Source: Chrysomallon squamiferum
Taxonomy: Eukaryota; Animalia; Mollusca
NCBI GenBank assembly: GCA_012295275.1
Contig: CM022676.1
Location: forward strand, 14,756,001-14,820,000
Direction of reading: 5' to 3'
Length of the DNA: 64,000 bases
The notes under the pieces were generated by a model that saw only the letters and a list, made by a program, of their open reading frames with translations, ran no database searches and was not told the origin of the DNA. Below are positions 13,928 to 28,109 of this stretch, piece after piece. Every line of letters starts with the position of its first letter. Positions within the stretch are counted from its first letter, which is position 1. The translations under genes and the position numbers were made by a program.

Positions 13928-14476
13928 GTGCAAGAGCTGCTGGAATACTATAATATGGATATATCAATGGTTTACATTCAGCATAGACAGGAACAAGAAG
14001 GAAAGGGCAGATCACCACTGAAGTCTGCAGTTCTGTGAAAACAAGCTGATGCTGGTAAAAAGACTTCATCTGCTACGCTGCCAAACAAAATCACTAGATA
14101 GATGACAGCGATGGCTCTGCATGATGGTGACAGACAACAGCCAGGAAGTTGAGCAGCAGGTGACATCTGAGCTTACTGCTCTGAGAATGAAGCTGAATGT
14201 GAAGAGAGAGAAGAAAACAGAGATAAACAAATAGAGGCTGTAGCTGCAGCAAAACAAGATGAGACTCAGGAAGGCAGCATTCATGATAGCGATGTCTCGC
14301 CATATTGATGATTCGAATGACTGGGCTAGTCCTGTACCTGACTCAGACAACAGAGTGGGACCAATGCACCCAGGTCCCTGTCCCCTACTTCAGCATCACA
14401 AAAATCTAGGCCATTTTCCAGAGAAGGGATTCAAGAGACTATTGATAATATGAATCAACAGTCTGGTGTCAAGTAA
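13928..14476 (+). pseudogene. Decayed coding segment of a coiled-coil protein
   Basis: GC-richer island. Reads VQELLEYYNMDISMVYIQHRQEQE.. then, after a frameshift, EVEQQVTSELTALRMKLNVKREKKTEINK*RL*LQQNKMRLRKAAFMIAMSRHIDD. The TAG/TGA stops are consistent with C>T decay. Confidence 0.5.
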
Positions 14477-14554
14477 TGTGTCAGGTCTCTGTTAGAATGT
14501 TTTCAGAAACTTCTCAACAGTGGCAGGGTATGTTTTATTAGTTTATATATGTGT

Positions 14555-14620
<66 letters not shown>

Positions 14621-14754
14621 AATATTGCATGAATGATAATAATCAAAATAAAATACGCCTTTATCAGACAAATGTAGATTGATTTTAAAAAAAGTATTAT
14701 GTTGATGTTGGAATTTCTAAAATCTTTGTTTACCATTGATGTTAAATATTTTAG

Positions 14755-15301
14755 GTCATTGCAGTATTGTTCAGTTGCTGTCTAGAAAGGGAATTTACAT
14801 TATAGAGAAGGGTGAATCAGCTGTACAGACACTGCAGACTGCACAATTCCAAGTTGTGAGCTTTTTACTTTATTTTTATTTTTTAGCAAGTAAAATATGT
14901 TTTATAGTAACAACTCTTTACTGATTGTAAAATAGCATAATAATAATCATTTGTTTAATAATCATTTGTTTCCTGTTGTTTTGATAATTATTTAAATTAT
15001 TACCATTATCATTATTATCATTATAATGATTATACAAAGTAAATCAAAAATAACCCACACCCCTTTGTGTCTGAATAATCCAGTAACTCGTACCAGTACA
15101 ATTTAAATTTTAATAATAACAGAAATGTTATTTATTTATAATTATTATTATTATTTTTGTTCAGAATACACATACAGCTCTAATTGATGCACTGATGTTT
15201 GCTAGTGAAGTTGTTTCAGTAGAAGGTGCTGTCCAGCACTGAGGATAAAGTTTGTACTGCTGCCACTGGAAAAGAGAAAAAAAACAACAACAATTGAACA
15301 G
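14755..15301 (+). pseudogene. Two ankyrin-repeat-like exon remnants (14755-14855, 15165-15301)
   Basis: Spliced boundaries. GHCSIVQLLSRKG..KGESAV fits the GHxxIVxLL..G ankyrin motif; HTALIDALMFASE is followed by stops. Confidence 0.4.
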
Positions 15302-15519
15302 GTGAATTTGAGTTTGTTTTCTTATGCATTTCTCATTATTCTAAACCGAATGCAGTTTAATTTAAATTAATGTAGGAAGTTGCATTTTGTACATATGCAC
15401 TTACATTAGAATCTTGTATCATACACTGCATTTTAATTCATGTTTTCTCTATCTCTCTCTCTCTCTCTCTCCAACACACACACACACAAACACACAAACA
15501 CAACACAACAGATCCATTC

Positions 15520-15889
15520 ATATAAACCAGATTCTTTTGTTGTAAATTTCTATGTTTTAAAACAAAAGAAAAAGAAGCATCATATTTTATGAGTATTTTA
15601 AAATATTTAACTTTCCTGTTACCAGATGGAACTGTCAGCCTTCACACAGTCTCACTGTTCCTGGGATGACAGACACACTAAAATACATTGGAGATGGATG
15701 TACTGTAGCTGTTGTCTAAAGTTTCTATTGTCTGCAGTCTTTCAATTGTCATGGTTTGTTTAACAGCACAATGTTTGTAAATAAAATATTGAATCAGGTT
15801 GTTGCATGTTAAATATATGAGTCTTAATAACTAGTTAATCAACAAAATTATAATATTAGATCTGGTTTTCTTTTTTGTTGTTGAATATG

Positions 15890-15900
<11 letters not shown>
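15520..15900 (+). repeat. Diverged direct copy of ~120-560, including the Cys-rich exon (15626-15753, frameshifted)
   Basis: Shared TTTAACTTTCCTGTTACCAGA..GGAACTG..GATGACAGACA..GAGATGGATGTAC..GTTTCTATTGTCTGCAGTCT..CATGGTTTGTTTAA, plus intron flanks and a following (CT)n. Confidence 0.85.
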
Positions 15901-15957
<57 letters not shown>

Positions 15958-16244
15958 GGAGTAATAGTGAAGAGAGTAAAAAATATCATTTCTAGTATTA
16001 ATCGATAGTAAATTTAGTAATAGGAGTATTATTTTAATAACTAATCCTAGTTGAATAAGAAATAATAGTAAGTAGTAGTTATAGTAATGATGGCTATACA
16101 AATAGTATAGTAATTGCAGTAAATGTAGTAGTAGCAGTATTTTATATTTTATTTATTTATTTATTTATTTACTCAGACTAGGCATCCACCAATGAGATGT
16201 GTCAGCAATGTACTAAACTGTGGATTTAAACTGTTTATTTTCAG

Positions 16245-16375
16245 AAGTTAAATCAGCTTGTTAAGGATACAAATATTCAAGAAATTGTTGATAAATACAA
16301 ACTCAGATTGACATTTTGGAACAAAGAGCAGCTCGAGTCTCCAGTAGAGTTGAAGTATTTGGTGCTGTCCAGCAG
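16245..16375 (+). pseudogene. MRVI1/IRAG/LRMP(JAW1)-domain exon with 1-nt deletion
   Basis: tttcAG..GTATTT, 131 nt. Reads KLNQLVKDTNIQEIVDK/IQTQIDILEQRAARVSSRVEVFGAVQQ, matching the AARxSSRAEvxGAvxQE core of the MRVI1 coiled-coil domain. Confidence 0.65.
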
Positions 16376-16489
16376 GTATTTAAATACATTAGTCATTGTA
16401 AACCTTTCCATTTTATTTCACTTTTAAATAATTCTATGCAAAATATTTTCTCTTATACTGAATTAAACTGCATATTTGAAAAAATAATA

Positions 16490-19115
16490 CCTTTGTATTT
16501 TTGTAAAATGATGCACTGAAAATGAATAGAATCAATGTAATAATTTGCAGTACATCCTAATAGAGTAGTGAACAGAACATTTGTATAAATTTGTAATTTG
16601 ATGTTATTAATATCTCACTGTAATCTGAAATACATACATTTAATACATACCTTTAATTAATTTACATGGTAGGGCTAAAGATATTTACATTATTTTGAAA
16701 TTTAGTAGACGGATGGAATTTTGGTGGTTTTGAAAGATTGTAATTTGAAAGATGCATAAATTGGCTTGAAAGATTTAGCTTCTTTTCTTATTTTGTCACA
16801 TGCATGTGTAATGTTGTCTTTGTTTTAAATACATTTTAAAAATACCTAAATGATTCATTATTGAACTGTTAGCTGAATGTAGGATAATTGTGGTTTATTT
16901 ATAAGACAAAATATATTTCATTAATGGTAAAAATTAAATTACATTAAAGTGGCAGGAAAGAATATTACAATTAAATATTTTAATTAATCAAATAATTTAT
17001 TATTAACTGTTTAATCTTTTATTATGTTATGCAAGATATAAGATATACCCTGTCTTATATGTGCTTTTGAATCTAGTTTATGTTAAAGTTAAAAAGATCA
17101 GTAAGAATTCTGCCAGTTTATTTTCCACTGCATTCATAAAAATAAACCATTTGCAGATCATTTCAATTTCATGCAAATGCTAAAAATACCATTAAAAAAA
17201 TTAAATCTTGTTAGATTCTCGTCTGATAGTGATGTACAACTTAATTATACTCTTATAGCATTATTCTACTATTTTATCATTTTAAGTTTTAGTTCTTTGA
17301 ATATAACGAAAGTGTTATAATAAGTATTGTTAAGAGAGCTAAAAAAACTGCTAATGCTAAAAATGTTTTCTTTGAAATATTAATTTTGATTTTCTTTTAA
17401 TTTGTGATCAATGTGATCAATGTAATTTTAATAATTTTGTTCAAAAAATATTAACCAGAACTTAATGATAAACATTTTCTACAGTTTCACATTCAACTAT
17501 ATTGTTTTTATATTAAGCTAATTGATTTTGAATAGAATAAATTCAAAACTATAATAAAAATGCAAAGAATAAATAAAGCAATAATAGAACAAAATTAAGA
17601 GGTTAAGTTAAAATAAAAATTAAAATGGCACAACACTTTTCCATTCAGCAAATAAAGTGAAACCACTACTTGACTAAAAAAATATTTGCACACCATTTTT
17701 ATTCAGGGTAATTCAGTTGTTTGCATCACAGGTAATTTTCATTCATATAGAAGAAGACTTAGTGAAAATGGCAGAATTCTCTTTATTTTGTTCTCTGTAA
17801 TATATTTTTTTTAATCAAGGTTTTAACTCATTAACTGTTAGTGTTGCAGCATCATGTGATTGTCTGCATTATTTTGTTCAATGATTTTTTTTTTTATCAG
17901 CTGGGTCACTTCCTTGTTGAGGAATCAAATCTGCTAACTTTATGATATATATATAACAAAAAGATCTGCAGGCATAAACAACTTTTTGTGGTTTGCATTA
18001 ATTATATCATCTGATTCTAAAATGATCTTTTCGGATTAAAAGATTATTATTCTGGATAAGTTTATTGTATTTTTAATCAAATCTAAAATTAGATGTATAG
18101 AGTCAGTACTGTGCTGTCCCAGAAAGGTAATGCAATATGTTATCAAAATTACTGCAATCACATAGTTTTTTTTTTCCAAGTTCTAAACATTTATACAAAT
18201 TGTTGTGATTCAGTAAGTTATCAGAAATAATCAGTTGCCCTTTATTGTGGGATTTTTCACAATGAATAATGATTAGCAAGTCTGGTTACACCTTGGTCAT
18301 TTTCAAGGTGGTATTAAATGCATGGCTTAAGGAATGATGTTGAGGTGAGTGTGAAATTAGTTCATAAAGAAATACAGATCTATGTTAATTTGTTGAAGGT
18401 CTTTTCTGAATGAAAAATTCTACTTTAAACAATTATGTGATTCAAATTTATTTTAGACATATTTGTTATCTAACTTTAAATTATCTTTCAGGAAATAATT
18501 TGAATTGATAAATGCATCATTAGATCTCATTAGAATACAAAGAAAATATTTTAAAAAGGTCATATATATACTACAATATACTAGTCTGTGGATTTAAACT
18601 GTATTTAAGCAGCATACATGAAAATATAATACATTTGTGTTTTTGCAAAATGATGCACTGAACATTAGTAGTATAGAATCAGTGTAAACCTTGTAATAAT
18701 TTGCATGCCAGCCTAATAGAGTAGGGAACAGAACATTTGTATAAATTTGAAATTTGCTTTTTTATTAATATCTCCTGTAATCTGAAATCCATACATTTAA
18801 TAATTTATATGGTAGGGCTAAAAGATATTTTACCATATTTTGAAATTTGGTAGACATATGAAATATGCATAAATTGGCTTTGAAAAAATTTAGCTTATTT
18901 TCTTATTTTATCTCATGCATGTGTAATATTGTCTTTGTTTTAAATACATTTTAAATTATATGTAAAGGATTCTTTATTGTAACTATTGCTTGAATGCAGA
19001 AAATAATTCTGGTTTATTTATAAGACAATATATTTCATTAATGTCAAAAATTAAATTATATTAAAGTGGCAGGAAAGAATGTTATAATTAAATGTTTAAA
19101 ATAATCAAATAATTT
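16490..19115. repeat. ~500-bp direct intronic duplication (16490-17000 / 18635-19115)
   Basis: Shared AAAATGATGCACTGAA, CCTAATAGAGTAG.GAACAGAACATTTGTATAAATTT, ATGCATAAATTGGCTT and ATTAAAGTGGCAGGAAAGAAT. Confidence 0.9.
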
Positions 19116-19416
19116 GTTAGTATGTTAAGTATTTCAAATAGAATCTGTATTGTGTAATGAATAGCTATATAATCACTTTTACTGATGTATTGCTATTTTA
19201 ATCCTTTTTATATCAAAGTTTAAAAATAATCTTAAACTGAATATAAAAACATTTAATAAATTATTGTTATTATTAAAGTTTTATGGATAAAAATAAAAAT
19301 GTAAATAAAAATGTTTTCTTGCTAAGACAGTAAAACTGCAGTTAGAGCTGACAAAAAAAATACTACTAGCACTTTATTTATGTTTAGTTTATTAATGAAT
19401 ATATATTTTGTTGTAG

Positions 19417-19530
19417 GATCCTAGACAACAGATTCAAGCTGCCTCAGCCAGCACTTCAGTTGAAAATGCTGTAAGACCCATTTCTAGTCCAGAGAAAGCT
19501 CAACACTTTAGGAAAGAATTATTTCAATAA
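19417..19530 (+). other. Exon-like segment, possibly from the same donor gene as the MRVI1-domain exon
   Basis: Acceptor ttgtAG; open frame DPRQQIQAASASTSVENAVRPISSPEKAQHFRKELFQ*. Confidence 0.3.
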
Positions 19531-21699
19531 GGAGATCTTTAAAAATAGAAAATCATAATTATGTAATAAAAAACTGGTGGAAAAATAAAATAAATAAATA
19601 AATTCATAAATAAATAATAAAAAGATATAAAAATAACAATAAAATATAACATTATTTGTTCTTAATCACTTAATTCCTACATCTATAAACACAAAACCCA
19701 TTTCATCTTATCTAAAACAATAATCAAAATGGAAAAATCATGCTGAAATATTTTTCAATTTGTTAACATTAAAAATGTTAGTCATTCAAATAGTTTAAAA
19801 CAAAATAAATAAATAAAAGACTAGTTTTTTTGTTTTATTATTTATATACTGATCAATATCTTCGTTTATTTGTTGTCAACCAACAAAAAGATAATCTGAT
19901 TTAATCATTATTTTTTATATACGCATCTTGTTCGATTTTACAAAACAAACAATCAAAGCACTAGAATGAACACTAATCAACAAAAAATGGCATTCTGTAC
20001 ATCTCTCTCCTTTAGATCTCTTTCTCTCTCTCTCTTTCTTTATTTACAAACCCGTTAAATGAGAGTTATTTCCCTTAGACCATTAATAAAAAGACTGAGC
20101 TAAATTCAATTTACTACTTTTAGATGAATTCAGCTAATTGTATATAAAAAAAATCCTAGCAATTAAATTCAACAGTTTCTAAAACAACCATTTTCCATTA
20201 TTTGTTGGTTTATTGAGTTATTATTATTACTTAATTAATTACTGTAAAATTCCTATTTCACTTAAAACACTTTTCTTTTTCGATTTGCCCCTTGAATAAA
20301 AACAATGAATTTTATTTGATGTCATTGACTGTCATAATGGAAGCCATAATGGAAGCAAAATTAATTATACATTTTTAAGTTTAATATTATTATTATTATT
20401 ATTGTTATTACTATATACATACATCGTTTCATTTTTCATTTTCTTTAAAATAAAAATTACTAAAATCTGTTTTTATTAGTTTTAATCGAGCTAAAATTAT
20501 TGTTTTAGCCTCATTATTTTTCTGCTTTTTAATAATAATAACAAATAATTCAAAATCAAGACAATAATATAAGAATAAATCATTAAAATAATCCAATTAA
20601 TAATTATATTTTTATATCTAACTACATTTTTTTAAAAAAGAAACAACAATCAAAACACTTGGAACTTGTATTTATTTATACATAAACAAAGGACACTGTA
20701 ACTTTCACATTAGCAGTTATTTGACAACAAACACATTAACTCTTTCTCACAGATAACATGTACGTAACAACTCATCCTTTCACATTCACATCTGTCTGTC
20801 TTTTTCTCTCTGTATCTGTGTCTCAGCTATTTCTCCTACATACGTATGCCTCAGATAACACATAGAAAAAAATCTAATTTCCTTCAGTACACACATACAC
20901 AACTTGTGTGTGTATACATATATATTTTACATTTTCTTTTCTAGCAGCAAAATGCATATATCATCTGTTCATGTATTTCTCTGTCAATCCATAAAATTCT
21001 ACACAGATTTAAATAATTTTTGTTCTGTCGCCGCCTGCTTCTATGAACAGTCAAACTAGTTATTATTATTATTGTTCTATCTTTTATCTTTTGTGCATCT
21101 CCCTAATAGTTTATATGCTTTCAGTGTATCTCCTATCTTAACTTATTGTTTCAGTGTTGTGTATTTGTTTTAAAAATTAATCATTTTAAATTACTTTGCA
21201 ATGTTGATTGTAAATTGTGTTTCAGTTTCTTTTTATGATGATATCTGCTTTGGTTTTATATAATATTCTCAACAAGTTGAATATTTTCTTATTTAAAATT
21301 TTCATTTACCCAGTTCAATAATAAAAATGGAGTAAAACGTATTTGAAAAGTGTCACGCGAGGTCTCCATTACGTCATTAGTTTTACAGTCTACCATGTAA
21401 AACAAGTTTCTGACTTGAAGACAATGTTGAATGGAATTTTTAATTTTTTTTAAATTAAAAAACACAGGAAAGGTGAAGATTTTTTACATGAATATAAAAT
21501 CTCATATTACTTTTTGATTCTACATTTTTCCTTATAAACTGCGCCCTTGATAAGCAGTCTTTCTTTTTTATATTACTTCTTTCTTTCTTTTCTTTTATTG
21601 TTTATTTTTTATATAAATATATATTTTCTTTTCTTAATCCTACGAATAAAATTGAGACTGATTAAAAAATAACGTGTTATTTTCTTTATTTGTAGTGCG

Positions 21700-22790
21700 T
21701 TATGCAATGTTAATCAGTGAGATAGTGATTATATATTTATTACTAACTGCTAGAATACATTAGTCTCACAGTTTCCTGCAATGTCATCTTTCTTTAAAAT
21801 GTACAATATTACTCCCACAACATCTCTGTAGTTCTAGCTATTTCCTTGGGACTTGTAATTATCAATAGCAAATAACAGAAAACCACACTGATCATATCTT
21901 TTTCTGTCTGTCTAAAACAAATTTTATCTTAGTAAATGTACTACCATTTACAGTGATATTTTATTAAGTTCACCTCTGTTTTGCATCGTAACAAAATGTT
22001 GATAATTTCATATAACTGTCAGTATAAATCTTGGATACAGCTAAAGAAATAGTATCGGCTTTCAGAATAATCTTCATGATATTAATAAAGTAAATGTTCC
22101 ATTTCAAATTACATGTGAAAACTTCGCTCATGTTGACAACATAAACATCATTTATTATCAACTTATCAACAGAAATGAATGGATTCTTTATACAGTAAAA
22201 AGCTGAGTTTCCAGCACCACAGAGCTTTTAGTGAAATCTGTTCTGTTGTTAATCAAATATCACTTTAATCTGGATCTGACCTTTATTTTTATAGTGGCAT
22301 TCAGCTGCCTCGATTTGTAAATTCAGAACATATAACTGTTAATACTGAACACACATGAGAAGTAACACTTTGCTTGAATCCACAGAATTTGATTTTGCTT
22401 AGCAAACGATATTAAAACTAAAATTTACAGGGTTAGGGAGTTTCTATTTGAATAAAAGATAACTTAATTCACATTAACATATAAAACCAGCGCCATTTAT
22501 TTGTTTACCATAATCTGATGCTAATTAAAAATAACGTGATGTTTTATCATGTTTCCTCTGTTTGCATCATACAAAATACTGATAATTTCACGTAGAAATC
22601 TTATATAGTTAATATTATACTTTTGTAAGATAGAAACATGCCTGTCCTCCTGATCTAGTGTTTTATGAGATACGAGGATATTTTTAGAAAGCTGACGAAA
22701 TTTATTCATCCTATTAAAACATAACAATATTGTCTTTATTGTCAGGTAAATCTTAATGTTTCTTCTCCAGTTATAATAAAACCTCACCTG
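21700..22790 (-). mobile_element. Highly degraded LINE (CR1/L2-like) reverse transcriptase C-terminal remnants
   Basis: The minus frame LIINDVYVVNMSEVFTCNLKWNIYFINIMKIILKA resembles the LKWxxHIxxIxxKA RT-thumb motif. 21970-22010 and 22553-22590 are related copies. Confidence 0.4.
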
Positions 22791-23682
22791 AAGCTTTTAA
22801 AATAGCAGATTTAAACTGGCAATTCTCGTCACCCATATTATGTCTAAATATCCAGTGTCAACTATTTAAATTGTGCAGCATTAAGTCGGTATTAAAAATT
22901 AAAATTATATCTATTTCTTTTTCTTTCTTTATTTTTGTAAAAACAACAATAACTACAATAATATGCTGACCTCAGTTTATTCATATAAAACTGAAATCTT
23001 ATTTGTTTATAGGGAAAGCACAAAATCCTCTGTCCAGCGTCAAAAAATTATGTTCAGAGATTATTTTTTTTTAATGAAACACGTGTTATTCAGACAGCTT
23101 ACGTCTGCACAGCCCGACTTGTCTTCGCCAGTTTCACTCAAAACGTTTTTCACAGAACACTCTCACAAGTTGTATAGGGATTAGCAAATACCACATTTAT
23201 TAAAATATACTGGTTAAATATTAATCGCCAGAAAACTAATTTTTTGACTCCGGCAGAAAAAAAGTATATTTCTAAAATATATCCAACTCTAACCCGGAAT
23301 TTAAAAAGATTCTTTTCTTCTATTACTGCTGCTAACTGGAAGAGACAAAAAAAAACAACAACAACATGAAAAACTACCCGTGAAGAAAAAACAATATTCG
23401 ATCATTTTTTTACTGTATGGTTTTACTGAAAACTCTGTTTACATTCAGAAATGTAGATTAAGTTAGCGTGTTTTTATAAACAAAATAGAATTATATGTGA
23501 AATTCAAAATATGCTCGAGAACGCTTCCATATTAATGGGCATTTTGTCTAACACGTTTCACCGAAAAGCTAAGTAGGTGTAATTTTATTAATGACATTGT
23601 GAAAAATAAGAACCGCCATCACTTTTATGTTACATGTTTTATGTTTGTTAACAGAATAGCGGTAATAGTATGTATTAAAACA

Positions 23683-23882
23683 NNNNNNNNNNNNNNNNNN
23701 NNNNNNNNNNNNNNNNNNNNNNNNNNNNNNNNNNNNNNNNNNNNNNNNNNNNNNNNNNNNNNNNNNNNNNNNNNNNNNNNNNNNNNNNNNNNNNNNNNNN
23801 NNNNNNNNNNNNNNNNNNNNNNNNNNNNNNNNNNNNNNNNNNNNNNNNNNNNNNNNNNNNNNNNNNNNNNNNNNNNNNNNNN
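23683..23882. other. Assembly gap (200 N)
   Basis: Run of N. Confidence 1.
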
Positions 23883-24818
23883 CTGTTTGCACAGATCTTG
23901 TTTAGAGAACCGCAAAGAAGAATAGATGCTATACATATTTTAACAAATCATTAATAGGAGAAGATACATTTAAATAGTTCTCCAATACATTTCAAATAGT
24001 TATAATTCTCGTAACATAAAGTCACTGTGAATTCATGGTCAGAAGAGTATAACAGTTTTATGATACCTTAAAAAATCAAACCAAAAAAAAACAACAACAA
24101 GAAACAAAAATGTTAATTCAGTAACAGAAAAATAAAAAGAGAAAAAGAATAAGAATAAAGGCTAATGCTTCTACTACTACTCTGTTGAACTACTACCAAT
24201 GATAATAAAGTATATGATAGACAATTAGGAAAACCTGAAATAAAGAATTTGAATTAAATTTTAATCTTAAAAAAAAGATAAAATAAAATAAATAAATAAA
24301 TAAAATAAAAAAATATATAGATATTCATCATAGCGGTCTAAGGGGAACAACTCTATTTTAGTATCGTGATCTAATTGGAAATTCGCACCTAACAACAAAT
24401 AAATATATTTAAATTTAAAAAAAAAACAAAAAAAAAAACAGAAAAATAAAAAACAGAAAAAAAAGTCACAAATCAGTTGTTTTATCTTCCCCCATATCGT
24501 AAATGATTTTTAAAATTGCTTACCGTGCTTGAATTCGGAATAGGAACTTTTTTTTTTTTTTTTTTTTTTTCTCTTAATAAAAATCTGCATTTTTTTATTT
24601 TATATTAATTATTTGAAGCGATTTCATTTTTTTCTTTCTTTTTTAATCCATAATTAATTATACACTGCATTAAATCGAAAACAAGTAAAATTATGGTGTA
24701 AGGGAAACAACTCTAAAATGATGTTTCAACTTACCTATTTCCGTTATCTATGTTTGTTATTCTTTTTATATATATATATAATAAATAAATACAAAAATAA
24801 ATAAATAAATAATTAATA

Positions 24819-24874
<56 letters not shown>

Positions 24875-25518
24875 GTAAATAAAGAAAGGAAAAACGACAA
24901 CAACTATTTACATTTATTTAGTGTTAGAGAATAAATACAAATCAAATCTTATTTACATTTACTATAACATCAATAAATTCTTCTTGCAAAACTTTATATT
25001 AGAGTTATTCCCTTTAGACCTTAAATTTACTTATTTAATTTAATTTTTCATTTTATTGATTTATTTATTTATTAATTATTATTATTATTAATATTATTAT
25101 TAATATTATTATTATTATTACTATTATTATTATTATTATTATCATCATCATCATCATTTTATTTTCACCTATTATGATCACAGACATATCACTTAAAATT
25201 TTTATTTCATTTATTTATTTTATAACTCTTTCGTCGTTTTTATTTCTTATTTCTTTATTCAATTTATAAACTGATATATTAAAAGTTGATCAACACATTG
25301 ACCAGATGGAATAAATTATGTAAATTCCAAATTGGAGTTATTCCCCTTAGACCGTAAATTCACTTTTCTTGATAATATTTTTTAATTATAGACTTAATTT
25401 AGGGAGATAATTCAGCTATAAATTTCCCCTTAGACTGTAAATGTGCCATTTTTGATCAATCAATGCAGATCATTTAATTCTTCTTACTTTTTTGTTTTCA
25501 GAAACTGAAACGTTTAAA

Positions 25519-25562
<44 letters not shown>

Positions 25563-25936
25563 TGATGATGATGATGAGGATGATAAATAAAGAAATTAAT
25601 TAAGTATTTTTCAGTTATTAAAACCAAATATGATTAAGGTTTTGCAATTTTCCATTATTATGATAAGAGAAATATTACTTATACATTTCGTCTTATTTTG
25701 TTTATTTTATAACTCTTATTCCATGCTTATTTATTATTTCTTTATTTGAATTTTAAATGAATATACTAAAATTCAATCAAAGGACTAACCAGATGGAATA
25801 ATTATTAAGCAGATTTCTTGTTTACTTTTCCTTCCTGTTTTTTTTTTTTTTTTAATTTTTTTAAATTTTATTATTACAATTTAAATTTAATAAACATTTT
25901 AAGGTTATTCCAAAAAATGGCATTTTAGTTCCATAT

Positions 25937-25988
<52 letters not shown>

Positions 25989-28072
25989 TTAATTAATTTT
26001 AAGTTGCAGGTTGAGAATCCTCAATTTCAGATTTTAAAGAGTTTAGGATATAAAGAGGTAGCCTGAGTGTAGGATCTAAGTATAAATACAAACTCTGTTT
26101 ATATTTTATACACAGTTTATGCAAACAGTTTTCAGCTCATATGATAACAGAAGTATAACTTAGACTCAATGTTTTCCTTTATTTATTTATTTTATTTTAT
26201 TGGAATAAATATAAAAATAAAATTAGTTTTTTACATTTCTTTTTTATTTTATTTCATTAGCTATCACCATCTTTTTCACATTTTTTAGCTTCTGTGATAC
26301 ATTTATCATGTCTTATTATTACATAAGAAAGATTTCCATCTTGGTTAATTAATTAACATATTAATATGCACTTCATATACTTCTTTATATGTAGATGATT
26401 ATAATTTCCTACTTGATCTCTAGGAATCCATTATGCTGTATCCACTAAAGGCCATGAATGGATTGCAGCAAATTCATTGTAGTGTCAAACCTAGTTTTAC
26501 ATCCATTGTGTGTTTAGTAAGTGTTTTTATAACCTTTATTATTTTTTATTTTGTTTCTGTAGAATTATTCTGTTTGTGCCATTTTTTTTTAATGACATTC
26601 TTTTTTTTATTATTATTATTATAAGTAAATAAAATAAATTAATTAATATTAAAATAAATAAACAAACAAAATTAACTGGAAAAATATAAAATAAAAAAAC
26701 AACACAGACAGACCCCACATCCAAAACCATCCCAAAACAATAAACCAATACATAATAATATAATTATAAAATTTGTCTAATAAAATAAGGAATATAAATA
26801 TAATTAAAGTTGTTGCTTTATTATTCATAGTAGTAGTTGTAATAGAATTATCATTACAATAATAATAATAGTAATAATAATAATAATAATAAAAAGAAGA
26901 TAAAAGCCAACAAGCCAATAATGAAATGTCTGTCATTTTACTTAGCTATATTAGCTTTCAAAACATTATGTCCAAAACATTTCCTCTTAATTTTATTAAA
27001 ACAAATATAAATGGCATGAAATTAACTTCAAGTGAAACTAATTTGCCTGTTCATTTACTTTTAAAAGTGGCTGATGGCCTAAAACGAAGCATTTGCAGAA
27101 GCAGTTTCTGATACTAACAGCACTTACTCTGTATTTCTTTTTTATAATGATGATAATGATGATGACGATGATGGTGATAATGATGATGAGAGTAGTATTG
27201 ACTACAAAGTCATATATGCTAGTAAAATTTAAATTTCTACAAAGTTAGCATAAGAAAACCTATTTAACAGAAATGAATAAACAAAATAAAAGCAATGATT
27301 TGTAAATTCTCTGTCCTAAATATTTTATTTTTGGTTTGGAGAATTTTTTTTTTTTTTGATAACCTTTCAAATGATATTGTTAGAACTATTGTTCTAATTA
27401 ATTTTAATTTACATTTATGGTAAACTGTTAGAAGAATTATGTACATTTAATTTGTTTACATTTTACTCTCTGTGTAATAAGATTTTGAAATACTAGATAC
27501 TAACACGGTCAGATACAGCAGTACTGGTTTTAGTTCTTTCATAAAGGATTAAACTGAAAAAATGTAGATAAGATTTTATATTCTAATATAAATTAAGGGA
27601 ACGAAAACCAATTTCAAACATAGGTTTTACTCCCATCGAATATCAGTTTTATTATTTTAAATATGTTTCTTATTTTCGAACATTAAACATTTAAAAATAC
27701 ATGTTCCTTGGAAGTAAGTTTCCATACACCTAAGTAAAATAATGTTGTAATAAGAAATATATTTAATATGTTTGCCGCTATACAAATATTAGAAAGCTAG
27801 TTTTAGCAAATGTATACAAATCTAGTAGAAATATCAGTGGGTGTGAAACTGCACTGTTGTTTCAGAAGTACTAACTAGAAAAGTATTGAACAAGAACATG
27901 GGCCATTTAATCATTATAAACAGAAAACAAATTTTACATATGCCTCCATTACAATTAAATAATCCAAAAGAATAATGATTAAAATATAGTAAATTAATAT
28001 TAAAAAGTGTTTAATTATTTTGTGATAAATTATTAAAAGAATAATAATAATTAATGAAATTCTACTACAGTA

Positions 28073-28109
<37 letters not shown>

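Noticed and set aside
17104-17780. 12-bp inverted pair AGAATTCTGCCA / TGGCAGAATTCT as MITE ends
   Set aside because: Too short, with no target-site duplication or second copy in the window.
21025-21062. Helitron 3' end (GC-rich patch then CTAGT) closing the exon mosaic
   Set aside because: The GC patch does not form a hairpin, so the evidence is insufficient.
23569-23936. ORFs spanning N runs (also 50103-50495)
   Set aside because: Artefacts of assembly gaps.
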